Below are positions 37,366 to 46,874 of a stretch of 64,000 bases of DNA, piece after piece. The first letter of the stretch is position 1, and each line of letters opens with the position of its first letter. This DNA is from an uncultured Rhodothermaceae bacterium (GTDB lineage Bacteria > Bacteroidota > Rhodothermia > Rhodothermales > JAHQVL01), in the NCBI GenBank assembly GCA_964525535.1, contig CAZGHT010000015.1:15140-79139 (forward strand), read 5' to 3'. The position numbers were made by a program, and so were the translations under genes. The notes below the pieces were generated by a model. That model was not told where the DNA came from. It worked only from the letters and a program-made list of their open reading frames with translations, and made no database searches.

Positions 37366-38064
37366 TCAGGTTCGCGCGCCAAACAACAGGCTGCCGATCC
37401 TGACGTGCGTAGCTCCTTCTTCTATTGCTATTTCGAAATCGCCACTCATCCCCATGGATAGGTGCTCAATCGAAGAATAGCGGGGCCCGGAAGCGGTTAA
37501 TTCTTCTTTCAGCGAACGTAACTTCACAAACTGCGGACGCACCTCCTCGGGATCGTCAACCGGTGAAGCCAGCGTCATCAAACCGGTGATCTCGAGGTGA
37601 GGAAACGCAACGGCTTCCTCCATGAAGGCGGGTATATCGCCGGGGTCTAGTCCATATTTCGACGATTCTCCCGAAACATTTACCTGCACCATGCAAGGAA
37701 GCACACGCCCCAACGCAGCAGCTCGCTTTTCGAGTTCTCTCGCAAGGCGCAGGCTATCGAGCGTGTGCATCGAATCAGCACAGGCGACCACATCCTTCGC
37801 CTTATTGCGTTGGACGTGGCCAATCATATGCCAATGTATGTCTCCCCCTTCGATCAATCCGGGTAATTCAGCACATTTCGGCTTCAACTCCTGCACTTTG
37901 TTCTCCCCAAAATGACGAATACCCGCTTGATAGGCTTCCTCTACGACCGATACCGGAAACGTTTTGGAAACGGCAACTAATGTAACAGAACGTGCGTCTC
38001 TCCCAGACCGTTCACAGGCGCGGTTGATGCGTGTTATAACTTCCTGAATTCGCTGCCCGATCAT
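37366..38064 (-). CDS. yggS: YggS-family pyridoxal-phosphate homeostasis protein
   Basis: LVAVSKTFP (PLP Lys), HMIGHVQRNK, SMGMSGDFEIAIEEGATHVRIGSLLFG. Confidence 0.92.
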   Translation of the reverse strand: MIGQRIQEVITRINRACERSGRDARSVTLVAVSKTFPVSVVEEAYQAGIRHFGENKVQELKPKCAELPGLIEGGDIHWHMIGHVQRNKAKDVVACADSMHTLDSLRLARELEKRAAALGRVLPCMVQVNVSGESSKYGLDPGDIPAFMEEAVAFPHLEITGLMTLASPVDDPEEVRPQFVKLRSLKEELTASGPRYSSIEHLSMGMSGDFEIAIEEGATHVRIGSLLFGART

Positions 38065-38464
38065 TCACCTATACATCGTTAACGCAAACTTCGCCGGATC
38101 CTGGCCTGACAATAAAGAAGTACTTCACCCTTTTCGGGGCGCTATCCCGGTCAACAGTTCGACGACCTGACCTGGCTGACATAACGATAGACAACCTCTC
38201 TGGCGCATAAGCCCGGGTGTTCATCCTGCAGGGTGCTAGCTTTGCTGCGGTAAACACATAAAAAATAGGGATTAATCCTATACTGGATTATGCTTAACTA
38301 TAACTTTCTGGCTTTGATCCCTCATAGTCTCACATTTAGGCGGAACGATAGGGCCGCGAGAGAAGCGGTCCATGGGGTTATGCACAGATATTTGCCGCTA
38401 CGCCTAATGTCGTTACGCCACGTGGAGATGCACGTAATCCAGTGGGCGGCCCACAATTCAGGCC

Positions 38465-40990
38465 TCACGATTCGGCGCGCAATACCTCCAGCGGCGGCCG
38501 GTCGTACACACCTCTACTGTTCAACATCCCGATCAGGATCGTGAGCATCGCTACCGCGACGATCGAAACGACCAGAACCCAAGGCTCGAGGTAAAAGGTG
38601 GCCTCGAACACAAACTCGGTCAGCAGCCAGGAGCACAATAAAGACAGGACAACTCCCGTAGTTGCAGAAAGAAAGCCCAGAAAAAGGTATTCGATGAACA
38701 GGATTTTTATAATTTGACGGCGAGAGGCCCCCAGCGTCTTGAGCAATACACTTTCCTGTATACGTTGAAACCGGCTGACCGTGACGGCTCCGATGAGCAC
38801 AATCACGCCCGTGATGATGCTAAATAGCGCCATGAATCGCAATACGAATGAGATCCGGTTGTAGATGGTATCGAATACCGTCAAGATCAGTGTCAGATCG
38901 ATAGCCGAGACATTGGGGAACCGTTCTACCATGGCCGATTGGAGCGAGGCCGAGCCGACGTCGTCAGGCGTCCGGGTCAACACGACGTAAAACTGAGGGG
39001 CGTCTTCGAGGACTCCGTTCGGGAAGACAAAAAAGAAGTTGGTCTGCACCCGCTGCCAATCAATCTCCCGCAGGCTCGTAATTTGCGTCTTGATCTTCAC
39101 GCCTTGAATATCCCATACGATAGAATCGCCGAGAGAGACTTGAAGTTCGCTGGCGATATCTTCTTCGATGGAAACGGGCACCAGGCCGTTTTCATCGTCA
39201 TAGGACCCTTCAAAGGTGCCCGCTAGCAGGGTTTCAGCATCGTTGAGGTGATCCCGGTAGGTAGACTGGTATTCTCTCCGATGCGCCCACGTGTAGTCGT
39301 CTCGCAGCGTATCCTGTCGGATTTCCTCGATGGTCCTGTCGTTTATCTGCGCGATACGCATCGAGACCAGCGGGACTTTTTCGATCACGGGCAGGTTCTG
39401 GTCAGAAACCACGCCGGCAACCTGCTCGAGTTGATCGGGCTGGATATCGAAAAAAACCAGATTGGGCCGTCCTTCCCCACCGGCCAGCTGGATCTGGTTG
39501 AGCAAGACCTGTTGCACGAGAAACAGAGTGACTATCAGGAACGTGCCGAGACCGAGCGCCAGCATCAAGATCACTGTTTGATTGTTAGGCCTGAACAGAT
39601 TGGAGAATCCCTGTCTCCAGGGATACGGCCATGTGGACGGGAAAAATCGTCTTGCCAGGATCGTTATTCCTTTTGCCACGACACCGAGCAGACCGAAGAC
39701 GGCAAATATGCCACCGCCGTAAGCGAGGCCGATCCACCAGGTGGGCGCTTGCAGCATAGAGAATCCCAGTACGGCGAGCACCAGCGCGGCATAGATGACA
39801 TACCGCCATCGGCTCGGTTCGGCCCCACTCGCATCCACTGTTTTTCTCAGCGTGAGCAGGGGGGATATGTTTTTGACTGACAACAGCGGCAAGAGGGCAA
39901 ATAGCAGGCTTACCCCGATGCCGATGGAGAGTCCGAGCAATACCGGCCCCCAGACGATACCAACCTCGACGTCTACCGGCAGGAAGTCGGCGAGCAACCT
40001 CGGTATCGTCCACTGGATGCCAATGCCGAGCAAACTACCCAGCACAGCCGCGAGTAAACCCATGACGGCCGCCTGAAAGAGATAAATGGAAAAAGTCGGT
40101 CCCGACTTCGCGCCCAGGCACCGTAGAATGGCTACTGTTTCGATGCGCTGCCGGATATAGACGTGAACGGCGCTGGCTATGCCTACCCCACCGAGTAGCA
40201 GGGCAATGAATCCAACGAGGTTGAGGAAGCGATATAAGTTGGTGAGCCCCTCATTCCAATCTTCCTGCCGTTCTGCGATCGTGTCGAAGCCCACCTTTTC
40301 TGCACGGAGCTTCGGCTCGATGGATTCGACCAGTTCTTCGACATTGGCGCCCTCATCAAACTTGAGAAATATCTCATAGTTCGCACGACTGCCCCGCGAC
40401 AATAACAGGGTATCCAGGCCGGCCAGCGGGACGAACACGCGCGGGCTGAGCATCCCCATGGCAGAGGTTTCACGGGGTGTCTTCACAATTTCGCCGGCGA
40501 TGCGGTACGTTCTGGCTCCAACCCTGATCGAATCGCCGACCTGCGCATTAAACTGCTTCAACAATGTCCCTTCCAGCAGCGCTTCGGCGTTGTCGAGGTA
40601 GGTCCGCGCCGCCTCTGGAGGGCTGCTTTCAATCTCCCCGTAGTACGGATAGTCGCCTTCGAGCGCTCTGATCGTCGAAAGCCTCGTCCCCCCATTTTTC
40701 GGGAAGTACACCATAGAAGAAAACGATACGCGGTAGGATCGGTCTCCACCTATGGAATCCACCAGCGCCTCGATGGCGGGAGTCCAGGACGACCTGCTCT
40801 CGATGCTGAGATCGGCTCCCAGCAACGTTTTTGCTTCCTCATCGACCGCTTTCTCCAGGTTGCCGCCAAACGAACTAATCGCTACGAGGGCAGCGACTCC
40901 GAGGATCATCGATGAAACGAACAACAGCAGCTTCCTGCGGCTGCCGCGGCTGTCTCGCACAGCCATTCGAATTATCCAGTCGTAATTCAA
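38465..40990 (-). CDS. FtsX-like ABC transporter permease (YbbP-like, two FtsX/MacB-type domains, 841 aa)
   Basis: N-terminus ..IIRMAVRDSRGSRRKLLLFVSSMILGVAALVAI. Two 4-TM FtsX blocks separated by large extracytoplasmic domains. It follows the ATPase gene. TTG start at 40990 (ATG alternative at 40966). Confidence 0.85.
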   Translation of the reverse strand: MNYDWIIRMAVRDSRGSRRKLLLFVSSMILGVAALVAISSFGGNLEKAVDEEAKTLLGADLSIESRSSWTPAIEALVDSIGGDRSYRVSFSSMVYFPKNGGTRLSTIRALEGDYPYYGEIESSPPEAARTYLDNAEALLEGTLLKQFNAQVGDSIRVGARTYRIAGEIVKTPRETSAMGMLSPRVFVPLAGLDTLLLSRGSRANYEIFLKFDEGANVEELVESIEPKLRAEKVGFDTIAERQEDWNEGLTNLYRFLNLVGFIALLLGGVGIASAVHVYIRQRIETVAILRCLGAKSGPTFSIYLFQAAVMGLLAAVLGSLLGIGIQWTIPRLLADFLPVDVEVGIVWGPVLLGLSIGIGVSLLFALLPLLSVKNISPLLTLRKTVDASGAEPSRWRYVIYAALVLAVLGFSMLQAPTWWIGLAYGGGIFAVFGLLGVVAKGITILARRFFPSTWPYPWRQGFSNLFRPNNQTVILMLALGLGTFLIVTLFLVQQVLLNQIQLAGGEGRPNLVFFDIQPDQLEQVAGVVSDQNLPVIEKVPLVSMRIAQINDRTIEEIRQDTLRDDYTWAHRREYQSTYRDHLNDAETLLAGTFEGSYDDENGLVPVSIEEDIASELQVSLGDSIVWDIQGVKIKTQITSLREIDWQRVQTNFFFVFPNGVLEDAPQFYVVLTRTPDDVGSASLQSAMVERFPNVSAIDLTLILTVFDTIYNRISFVLRFMALFSIITGVIVLIGAVTVSRFQRIQESVLLKTLGASRRQIIKILFIEYLFLGFLSATTGVVLSLLCSWLLTEFVFEATFYLEPWVLVVSIVAVAMLTILIGMLNSRGVYDRPPLEVLRAES

Positions 40991-41047
40991 GATCTCAGCG
41001 TAATTGATGCATGTTGAGGGATCAGGTCGTATTCACCCGACCATGAT

Positions 41048-41773
41048 TCAGGGACGTATTCCGGTTACGGCTTCGTGCCGGAGATCGGATGAGCGACGGT
41101 CGGCGACCACCTTTCCTGCCTTCAGCTGGACGATGCGATTCGTTTTCTGGGCTAGCTCGAGATCGTGCGTCACGAGCACGAGTGTTGTGCCTTCGATCCG
41201 GTTCAATTCGAAGAGCAAGTTTTCGATGGTTTCGCCTGTTTCCGTATCCAGGTTTCCGGTGGGTTCGTCGGCGAAGAGGATACGTGGCCGGTTGATAAAG
41301 GCCCTGGCCAGCCCGACCCGTTGCTGCTCCCCCCCGGAGAGCTGGGCAGGATAGTGATCCAACCGGTCTTCCAGGCCGACCTGCCCCAGAAGCGTCCGGG
41401 CTCTTCCCATCACACCGCGATCCCCACTCAGCTCGGCAGGTACCATGACATTTTCGAGAGCGGTCAAGGTAGGTATAAGCTGAAAGGACTGAAAAACAAA
41501 GCCTACATCTCTATTCCGAACCTCTGCTCGTTCGTCTTCAGAGAGCGACCCCAATTGAATGCCGCATAAACGAACGTCACCCTTAGAAGGCCTGTCCAGG
41601 CCGGCACACAGCCCGAGAAGGGTCGTTTTTCCGCTCCCAGAAGGCCCCACGATGGCACAGGTCTCCCCATCGTCGATAGAGAGGAATACGTCTTCCAATA
41701 CGGTAAGAGATCGATCGCCGCTCTGATAGGTCTTTGTGAGTCCTTCTGCCGCCAGGATGGGGTTGGTCTGCAT
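41048..41773 (-). CDS. ABC transporter ATP-binding protein (YbbA/LolD/MacB-type)
   Basis: Walker A GPSGSGKTTLL, signature LSGGEQQRVGLARA, Walker B ILFADEPTGNLD. Confidence 0.92.
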   Translation of the reverse strand: MQTNPILAAEGLTKTYQSGDRSLTVLEDVFLSIDDGETCAIVGPSGSGKTTLLGLCAGLDRPSKGDVRLCGIQLGSLSEDERAEVRNRDVGFVFQSFQLIPTLTALENVMVPAELSGDRGVMGRARTLLGQVGLEDRLDHYPAQLSGGEQQRVGLARAFINRPRILFADEPTGNLDTETGETIENLLFELNRIEGTTLVLVTHDLELAQKTNRIVQLKAGKVVADRRSSDLRHEAVTGIRP

Positions 41774-41846
41774 TATAGTTGCTCGTGAAACTTGATTAGC
41801 CGGTTTTTGGTTGAGAAAGCATAACCTTCTCTATAGATCCCGAACA

Positions 41847-42653
41847 ATGCCTAAATCCATCATAATTCTCGCAGTGCTATGCGTCTGTTCGGCTTTGCTC
41901 GGATGTACCAGGCAGGAATCCAGATCCACGCCGGAAGAAGGAATTGCAGAAACCGAGGCTCCCGCTTCTTCTGTTGCAACCGATGATTCGTTGCGTAGCG
42001 AATCGGATCGTTACGACACTATCCTTTTTTTTGGCGACAGCATTACCGCCGGCTACGGCCTCGACGTTACGGAAGCCTACCCCGCTTTGATTCAACAAAA
42101 AATCGACGCTCTGGGCTGGCCCTTCAAGGTAATTAATGCCGGTTTATCCGGAGACACTTCTACGGGCGGGCTCAGTCGAATCGACTGGCTCCTTCGCGAG
42201 CCGTTCGACGTGTTCGTTCTCGAACTTGGAGGCAATGACGGGCTTCGCGGCATTTCCCTGGACCTCACGCGCGATAACTTGCAAACGATCATCGATCGCG
42301 TGAGGGCGCACAACCCTGACGTGTCAATCATCATCGCTGGAATGCAGATCCCGCCCAATCTCGGGGAGGACTATACGGGCGCGTTCAGGGAGGTATTTCC
42401 CTCCCTGGCCGAGGCCAACGAGGTCCACCTCATTCCGTTTATTTTGCAAGATGTGGGGGGCGTCCCTGAGCTCAACATGCCCGACGGGATCCATCCTACC
42501 GCGGAAGGCCACGAGGTCGTGGCCCAGAACGTCTGGCGGGTGCTCAAACCCGTTCTCGAGATGCGCATGGAGGCTATGGACGATTGCGCCGCTGAAGAAA
42601 ATATCATTGCTGAAGCTGACGAAGGCTGCGCCATAGATTTCGAAAGCTTCTGA
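41847..42653 (+). CDS. SGNH/GDSL hydrolase, TesA-like arylesterase/thioesterase, predicted lipoprotein
   Basis: ILFFGDSITAGYGL (block I Ser), GGNDGLRG (block III), DGIHPTAEGH (block V). The ATG at 41847 gives MPKSIIILAVLCVCSALLGC with lipobox LLGC. The track ORF starts at an upstream TTG (41811). Confidence 0.85.
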   Translation: MPKSIIILAVLCVCSALLGCTRQESRSTPEEGIAETEAPASSVATDDSLRSESDRYDTILFFGDSITAGYGLDVTEAYPALIQQKIDALGWPFKVINAGLSGDTSTGGLSRIDWLLREPFDVFVLELGGNDGLRGISLDLTRDNLQTIIDRVRAHNPDVSIIIAGMQIPPNLGEDYTGAFREVFPSLAEANEVHLIPFILQDVGGVPELNMPDGIHPTAEGHEVVAQNVWRVLKPVLEMRMEAMDDCAAEENIIAEADEGCAIDFESF

Positions 42654-43108
42654 CACTGGAAGGGCATGCATTTTGAAAACATCTCAGAGCAGAAGCGCCA
42701 GGGCGAGCCATGTGTCCAATTGTTGAACCCAAAATAATACACATTTTGACTTTCGGGCGGCGCATGAACTCACACTGTTAATTATTTATTTCTTAACGTC
42801 ATACAATTCTCACTTCATCATAGCTTTCTTTCTATTTTATCACGATACTTTGGCTTATAGGAAGCAGTGCTGTGCTTCCAACCATGGAACATTCCTTGTA
42901 TATAAGACTCTTCAAGGGATACTAAGATAGTTTTCTCATCCATTGCATCCTCTCGATGTCGCCTCGAAGAGGTTATTATGCTAAACGATGCTGGCTGAAA
43001 AAGACGGTATTCAGCGTTTATTTTTGAGTGTTTAGCAGCTCTGTCGCCTGTTCATACTTTTGACAAATCACCATCCGATCCGCGCATTTCGGAGCCAACG
43101 TCGGTACG

Positions 43109-44992
43109 ATGCCCAACAAGAACGATCAATCATTAGAAGAACGTATTGAGCATTTGGAGCAGCTTGTAGACAAGCTGTCCTATACCGTCGAACGGCTTCA
43201 GGAACACATGCGCCTCAAGGGGCCTCCTTCTCGCACGAACTTCAATACGCAATTCTCGAGACCTCCGTACCCCCCACGTTCGTTCCAGAACGGGGCTTCT
43301 CCTGTAGATCGACGCCCGGGGCCTCCCGCAAGACTGCCGGACTCCGGTGAAGCCACGCCGGCGGCGAACAAGGACCGCCCCATGTACGCATTGAATAGCG
43401 ACGAATGGCTGAACCGGATTGGCCTGGGTCTCCTGTTTCTGGGGGTCGGTCTGGCCCTCAAGTATACCTTTGCGCAGGAATGGTTCACCCCGATACTGCG
43501 CATTATGTCGGGCAGCTTCGTAGGTCTGCTCCTTCTCGCCGTCGGCCTCCATTTTCACCGCATACGCCCCAGATTCGGGCAACTCCTCCTGGGAGGCGGG
43601 GTCGCCACCTTTTACCTCACGGCATTCGGCGCATACCAGCTGTACCAGCTTATTCCCTACTCGATCGCCTTTGTCATTCTCTTCATCATCACCGCATTCT
43701 CTTTCTGGCTGTCGGCTCAGCGAGACGACGCTATCCTGGCCATTCTTGCGACTACAGGAGGACTGATAACCCCTTTTATCATGCATGCCGAGGGCGACAA
43801 CCTGATCGGCTTGATCAGTTATACGTCGCTAATCCTCATCGGCGCCAGCGCTATCTACTGGTTCAGGGGGTGGCGTAGCCTGTTGTTCATTGCCTCGATC
43901 GGGGCATGGCTGGTAATCTTGTTGTGTTACCTCAACTTCGGTTTTCGATACGAGTCGATTTCTGCCGAACGCTGGACCCTGCAGATCGGACTGTTGATCG
44001 GATTAGCCCTGTTCTGGTTGATGCCGGTATACAGAGGGGTACTGGGATCTGCCAATCCAGAAAAATGGCCGTCTCCGCCGCCCGTCAGAACCGTCGGTTA
44101 CTTTTTCAACCACCCGGCACTGCCGCTATCGGTGACGACGCCGTTGACCACTCTCGTGCTGTCGATGCTCATCTGGGACCTCCCCCTCGATTTATGGGGC
44201 TGGATTACGCTGCTTGGAAGCGCGTTGCATAGCTTCCTGTATTTTCTGATCCGGACGCTCAATCGCCCCCGCCTCAACCACATCTCTCAGATTCAAGGAT
44301 TCACAGCCTCCGTTCTTCTCGCGGTCGGCCTATTCTTCCTGTTGGGAGAGCCCTACCTGTTTCTTGCACTCACCCTGCAGGCCGTAGGCCTGAGAGCTCT
44401 TTCTCGTTCCATGAGCGATCGATGGCTTTCGTTCGTCTCGCACGGATTTTTCCTTTGCGTCGCAGCCTGGCTCGTCAACCGATTGATTCAGCTTCCGGCA
44501 GACACCCCGCCCTTGTTCAACACCAAGGGGCTGTTCGAGCTGCTCTTCATCGTTGCCGCAGCCGTGACGTACCGGTTCGTGAAACGAACCTGGACCAAAA
44601 GGACGTACCTCGTTGTTTCCCACCTGCTCTTCCTGGGGCTGATCTACCGGGAATTCCACGGAGTGCCTGACGGCGAAGCGATAGTCTCTACCATCTGGGG
44701 GATTTATGCGATTGCCATTCTCCTTCTGGGTTTGAAACTCAACCGTAAATCCCTTCGCTACACGGGGCTGTACACGCTATCTCTCTTCGTACTCAAACTG
44801 CTTTTGATCGACCTGGAAGAAGTTGACCCTTTGATCCGAATCCTCTTGTTCGTAGGATTCGGGGTCATTTTCATGATCCTGAGCTACGTGGTCACAGGAT
44901 ATTTGAAACGTACCACCGGCGCGACGCCCTCCGTTTCGCAACCGGCCAGTGAAGCCCACGAACCTGTGATCCGTGAATCGCGGTCGTCATAA
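43109..44992 (+). CDS. Large polytopic membrane protein, DUF2339-like (N-terminal coiled coil plus about 15 or more TM segments)
   Basis: MPNKNDQSLEERIEHLEQLVDKLSYTVERLQEHM, then a Pro-rich linker, then many hydrophobic segments. The family call is from memory of the architecture only. Confidence 0.65.
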   Translation: MPNKNDQSLEERIEHLEQLVDKLSYTVERLQEHMRLKGPPSRTNFNTQFSRPPYPPRSFQNGASPVDRRPGPPARLPDSGEATPAANKDRPMYALNSDEWLNRIGLGLLFLGVGLALKYTFAQEWFTPILRIMSGSFVGLLLLAVGLHFHRIRPRFGQLLLGGGVATFYLTAFGAYQLYQLIPYSIAFVILFIITAFSFWLSAQRDDAILAILATTGGLITPFIMHAEGDNLIGLISYTSLILIGASAIYWFRGWRSLLFIASIGAWLVILLCYLNFGFRYESISAERWTLQIGLLIGLALFWLMPVYRGVLGSANPEKWPSPPPVRTVGYFFNHPALPLSVTTPLTTLVLSMLIWDLPLDLWGWITLLGSALHSFLYFLIRTLNRPRLNHISQIQGFTASVLLAVGLFFLLGEPYLFLALTLQAVGLRALSRSMSDRWLSFVSHGFFLCVAAWLVNRLIQLPADTPPLFNTKGLFELLFIVAAAVTYRFVKRTWTKRTYLVVSHLLFLGLIYREFHGVPDGEAIVSTIWGIYAIAILLLGLKLNRKSLRYTGLYTLSLFVLKLLLIDLEEVDPLIRILLFVGFGVIFMILSYVVTGYLKRTTGATPSVSQPASEAHEPVIRESRSS

Positions 44993-44999
44993 CGAGGCC

Positions 45000-46448
45000 T
45001 TATAGTTCTTTCACCTCTTCGGTCAACGAAGAAATCGAATCCTTGGCATCGCCGAATAACATCCTGGTGTTGTCGTTGAAGAACAGCTCATTCTGGACGC
45101 CGGAATAACCCGGGCGCATGCTCCTTTTCAACACGATCACGTTGCGAGAGTTGTCGACGTTCAAGATTGGCATGCCATAAATGGGGCTTGTTTTGTCGTA
45201 ACGGGCAGCCGGATTCACCACGTCATTGGCGCCGATAATGAGGGACACATCGGTATTCCCGAAATCCCCGTTGATATCGTCCATTTCGTACAGCTGGTCG
45301 TAGGGTACATTTGCCTCGGCGAGCAGTACGTTCATATGCCCCGGCATACGGCCGGCAACAGGATGAATGGCATACCTCACCCGGACGCCCTTGGTCTGCA
45401 ACAAGTCTGCGAGCTCTCTGACCTGGTGTTGGGCCTGCGCAACAGCCATCCCGTACCCGGGCACCACGACGACCTGTTCGGCATAGCTCAGCATGATGGC
45501 CACGTCGTCGGCAGTGGTTTCGTTGATCGTTTTTCCATCTTGAGAAACGGCAGAGATGGATGCTCCCCCGTCTTCACCTCCGAAGCCGCCCAACAATACG
45601 TTGAGCAGCGAGCGGTTCATCGCATCGCACATAATTTTGGTCAGGATCAGCCCCGAAGCCCCTACCAGGGCGCCGCTTACGATGAGGGCGATATTGTCCA
45701 ATACGAATCCGGTGGCAGCGGCGGCAAGCCCGGAATAGGAGTTGAGCAGCGCCACGACAACAGGCATATCTGCGCCGCCGATCGGAATAACGAGTAGGAT
45801 GCCAAGGAAAAATGCGATGCCGGCGAGCCCGATCACGCTCCAGACTACAACGTTTGCTTCAGCAGGAAAAGCCGCTTGATTCATGATGACCAGCACGAAG
45901 GCAGTCACGACGCCAGCAGCCAGAAGCAGGGTCAGCAAACGCATACCAGGAAACGAGACGGGATTGCCGCTTATCTTCCCACTCAACTTGCCGACAGCGA
46001 TAAAACTGCCCGAAAAGGTAACTATGCCGATGAATATACTGAGCAGGATGGTTATACCTGTAGATACATCGAAGGGTGAAAGCGCCAGGCTAGACTGAAG
46101 GCGCACCGCCTCAGGCGCCGTGTAGCGAGACAACTCGGAGCAGGCGACCAGTGCCGAGGCCAGCCCCCCAAACCCGTTCAAAGCTCCTACCATCTCGGGC
46201 ATGGATGTCATCGCAATACGCCGGGCCATGAACGCACCCAGGCTGCCGCCAATCACGATCCCGATCAACATTTCGGCCGGGGTCAAGATATTGCTCACAA
46301 AAAGGGTCGCCAGAACCGCGATCAGCATAGCGAGGGACGACAGGCGATTGCCCTGGCGGGCAGTCGCCGGGGACTGCAACCGCTTCATGCCAAAAATGAA
46401 CAGGGAGGCAGCGACGAGGTAGGCGATGTCAATCAGAATCTCAACCAT
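45000..46448 (-). CDS. pntB: NAD(P) transhydrogenase subunit beta
   Basis: Membrane N-terminal half plus dIII domain. Motifs: VVVPGYGMAVAQAQ, YAIHPVAGRMPGHMNVLLAEA, GANDVVNP. Confidence 0.95.
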   Translation of the reverse strand: MVEILIDIAYLVAASLFIFGMKRLQSPATARQGNRLSSLAMLIAVLATLFVSNILTPAEMLIGIVIGGSLGAFMARRIAMTSMPEMVGALNGFGGLASALVACSELSRYTAPEAVRLQSSLALSPFDVSTGITILLSIFIGIVTFSGSFIAVGKLSGKISGNPVSFPGMRLLTLLLAAGVVTAFVLVIMNQAAFPAEANVVVWSVIGLAGIAFFLGILLVIPIGGADMPVVVALLNSYSGLAAAATGFVLDNIALIVSGALVGASGLILTKIMCDAMNRSLLNVLLGGFGGEDGGASISAVSQDGKTINETTADDVAIMLSYAEQVVVVPGYGMAVAQAQHQVRELADLLQTKGVRVRYAIHPVAGRMPGHMNVLLAEANVPYDQLYEMDDINGDFGNTDVSLIIGANDVVNPAARYDKTSPIYGMPILNVDNSRNVIVLKRSMRPGYSGVQNELFFNDNTRMLFGDAKDSISSLTEEVKEL

Positions 46449-46541
46449 ACAAAATGCCTGTCATAAAATGTATATCATAATGCGTCAACGAGAAAGCCAT
46501 GACCTCGGGATGCAGCCGGCAATCACGGAGCCATCGGCCCA

Positions 46542-46823
46542 TTACGGGTTGCTTTCTTTCTTTTTGAACATCTGCAGCATTCGATCCGTCACCATAAATC
46601 CGCCCACCACATTGATTGTGGCTACGATTAAAGCGGCAAACCCGAGCCATTTCGCCCAATCGCCCCCTGCCATGGCCGCCGCCATCAATGCTCCCACGAT
46701 AGTAATTCCGCTGATGGCGTTCGTCCCGGACATCAATGGAGTATGCAACGTCTGCGGGACTTTGCTGATCACTTCGAATCCAATGAAGGACGCCAGAACG
46801 AACACAATAAGATTTTCTAACAT
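46542..46823 (-). CDS. pntAB: NAD(P) transhydrogenase subunit alpha part 2 (membrane)
   Basis: 93-aa hydrophobic protein: LHTPLMSGTNAISGITIVGAL. It lies between pntAA and pntB. Confidence 0.9.
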   Translation of the reverse strand: MLENLIVFVLASFIGFEVISKVPQTLHTPLMSGTNAISGITIVGALMAAAMAGGDWAKWLGFAALIVATINVVGGFMVTDRMLQMFKKKESNP

Positions 46824-46874
46824 AACAGATGAACCGATTTGGCCGGCGAGTATAGAGAACAGGATATTCCTCTT

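Noticed and set aside
42818-42943. A 41-aa minus-strand ORF in the AT-rich island.
   Set aside because: It is too short and unsupported to call as a feature: no evident ribosome-binding context and no recognisable family. I mention it only inside the corresponding finding.
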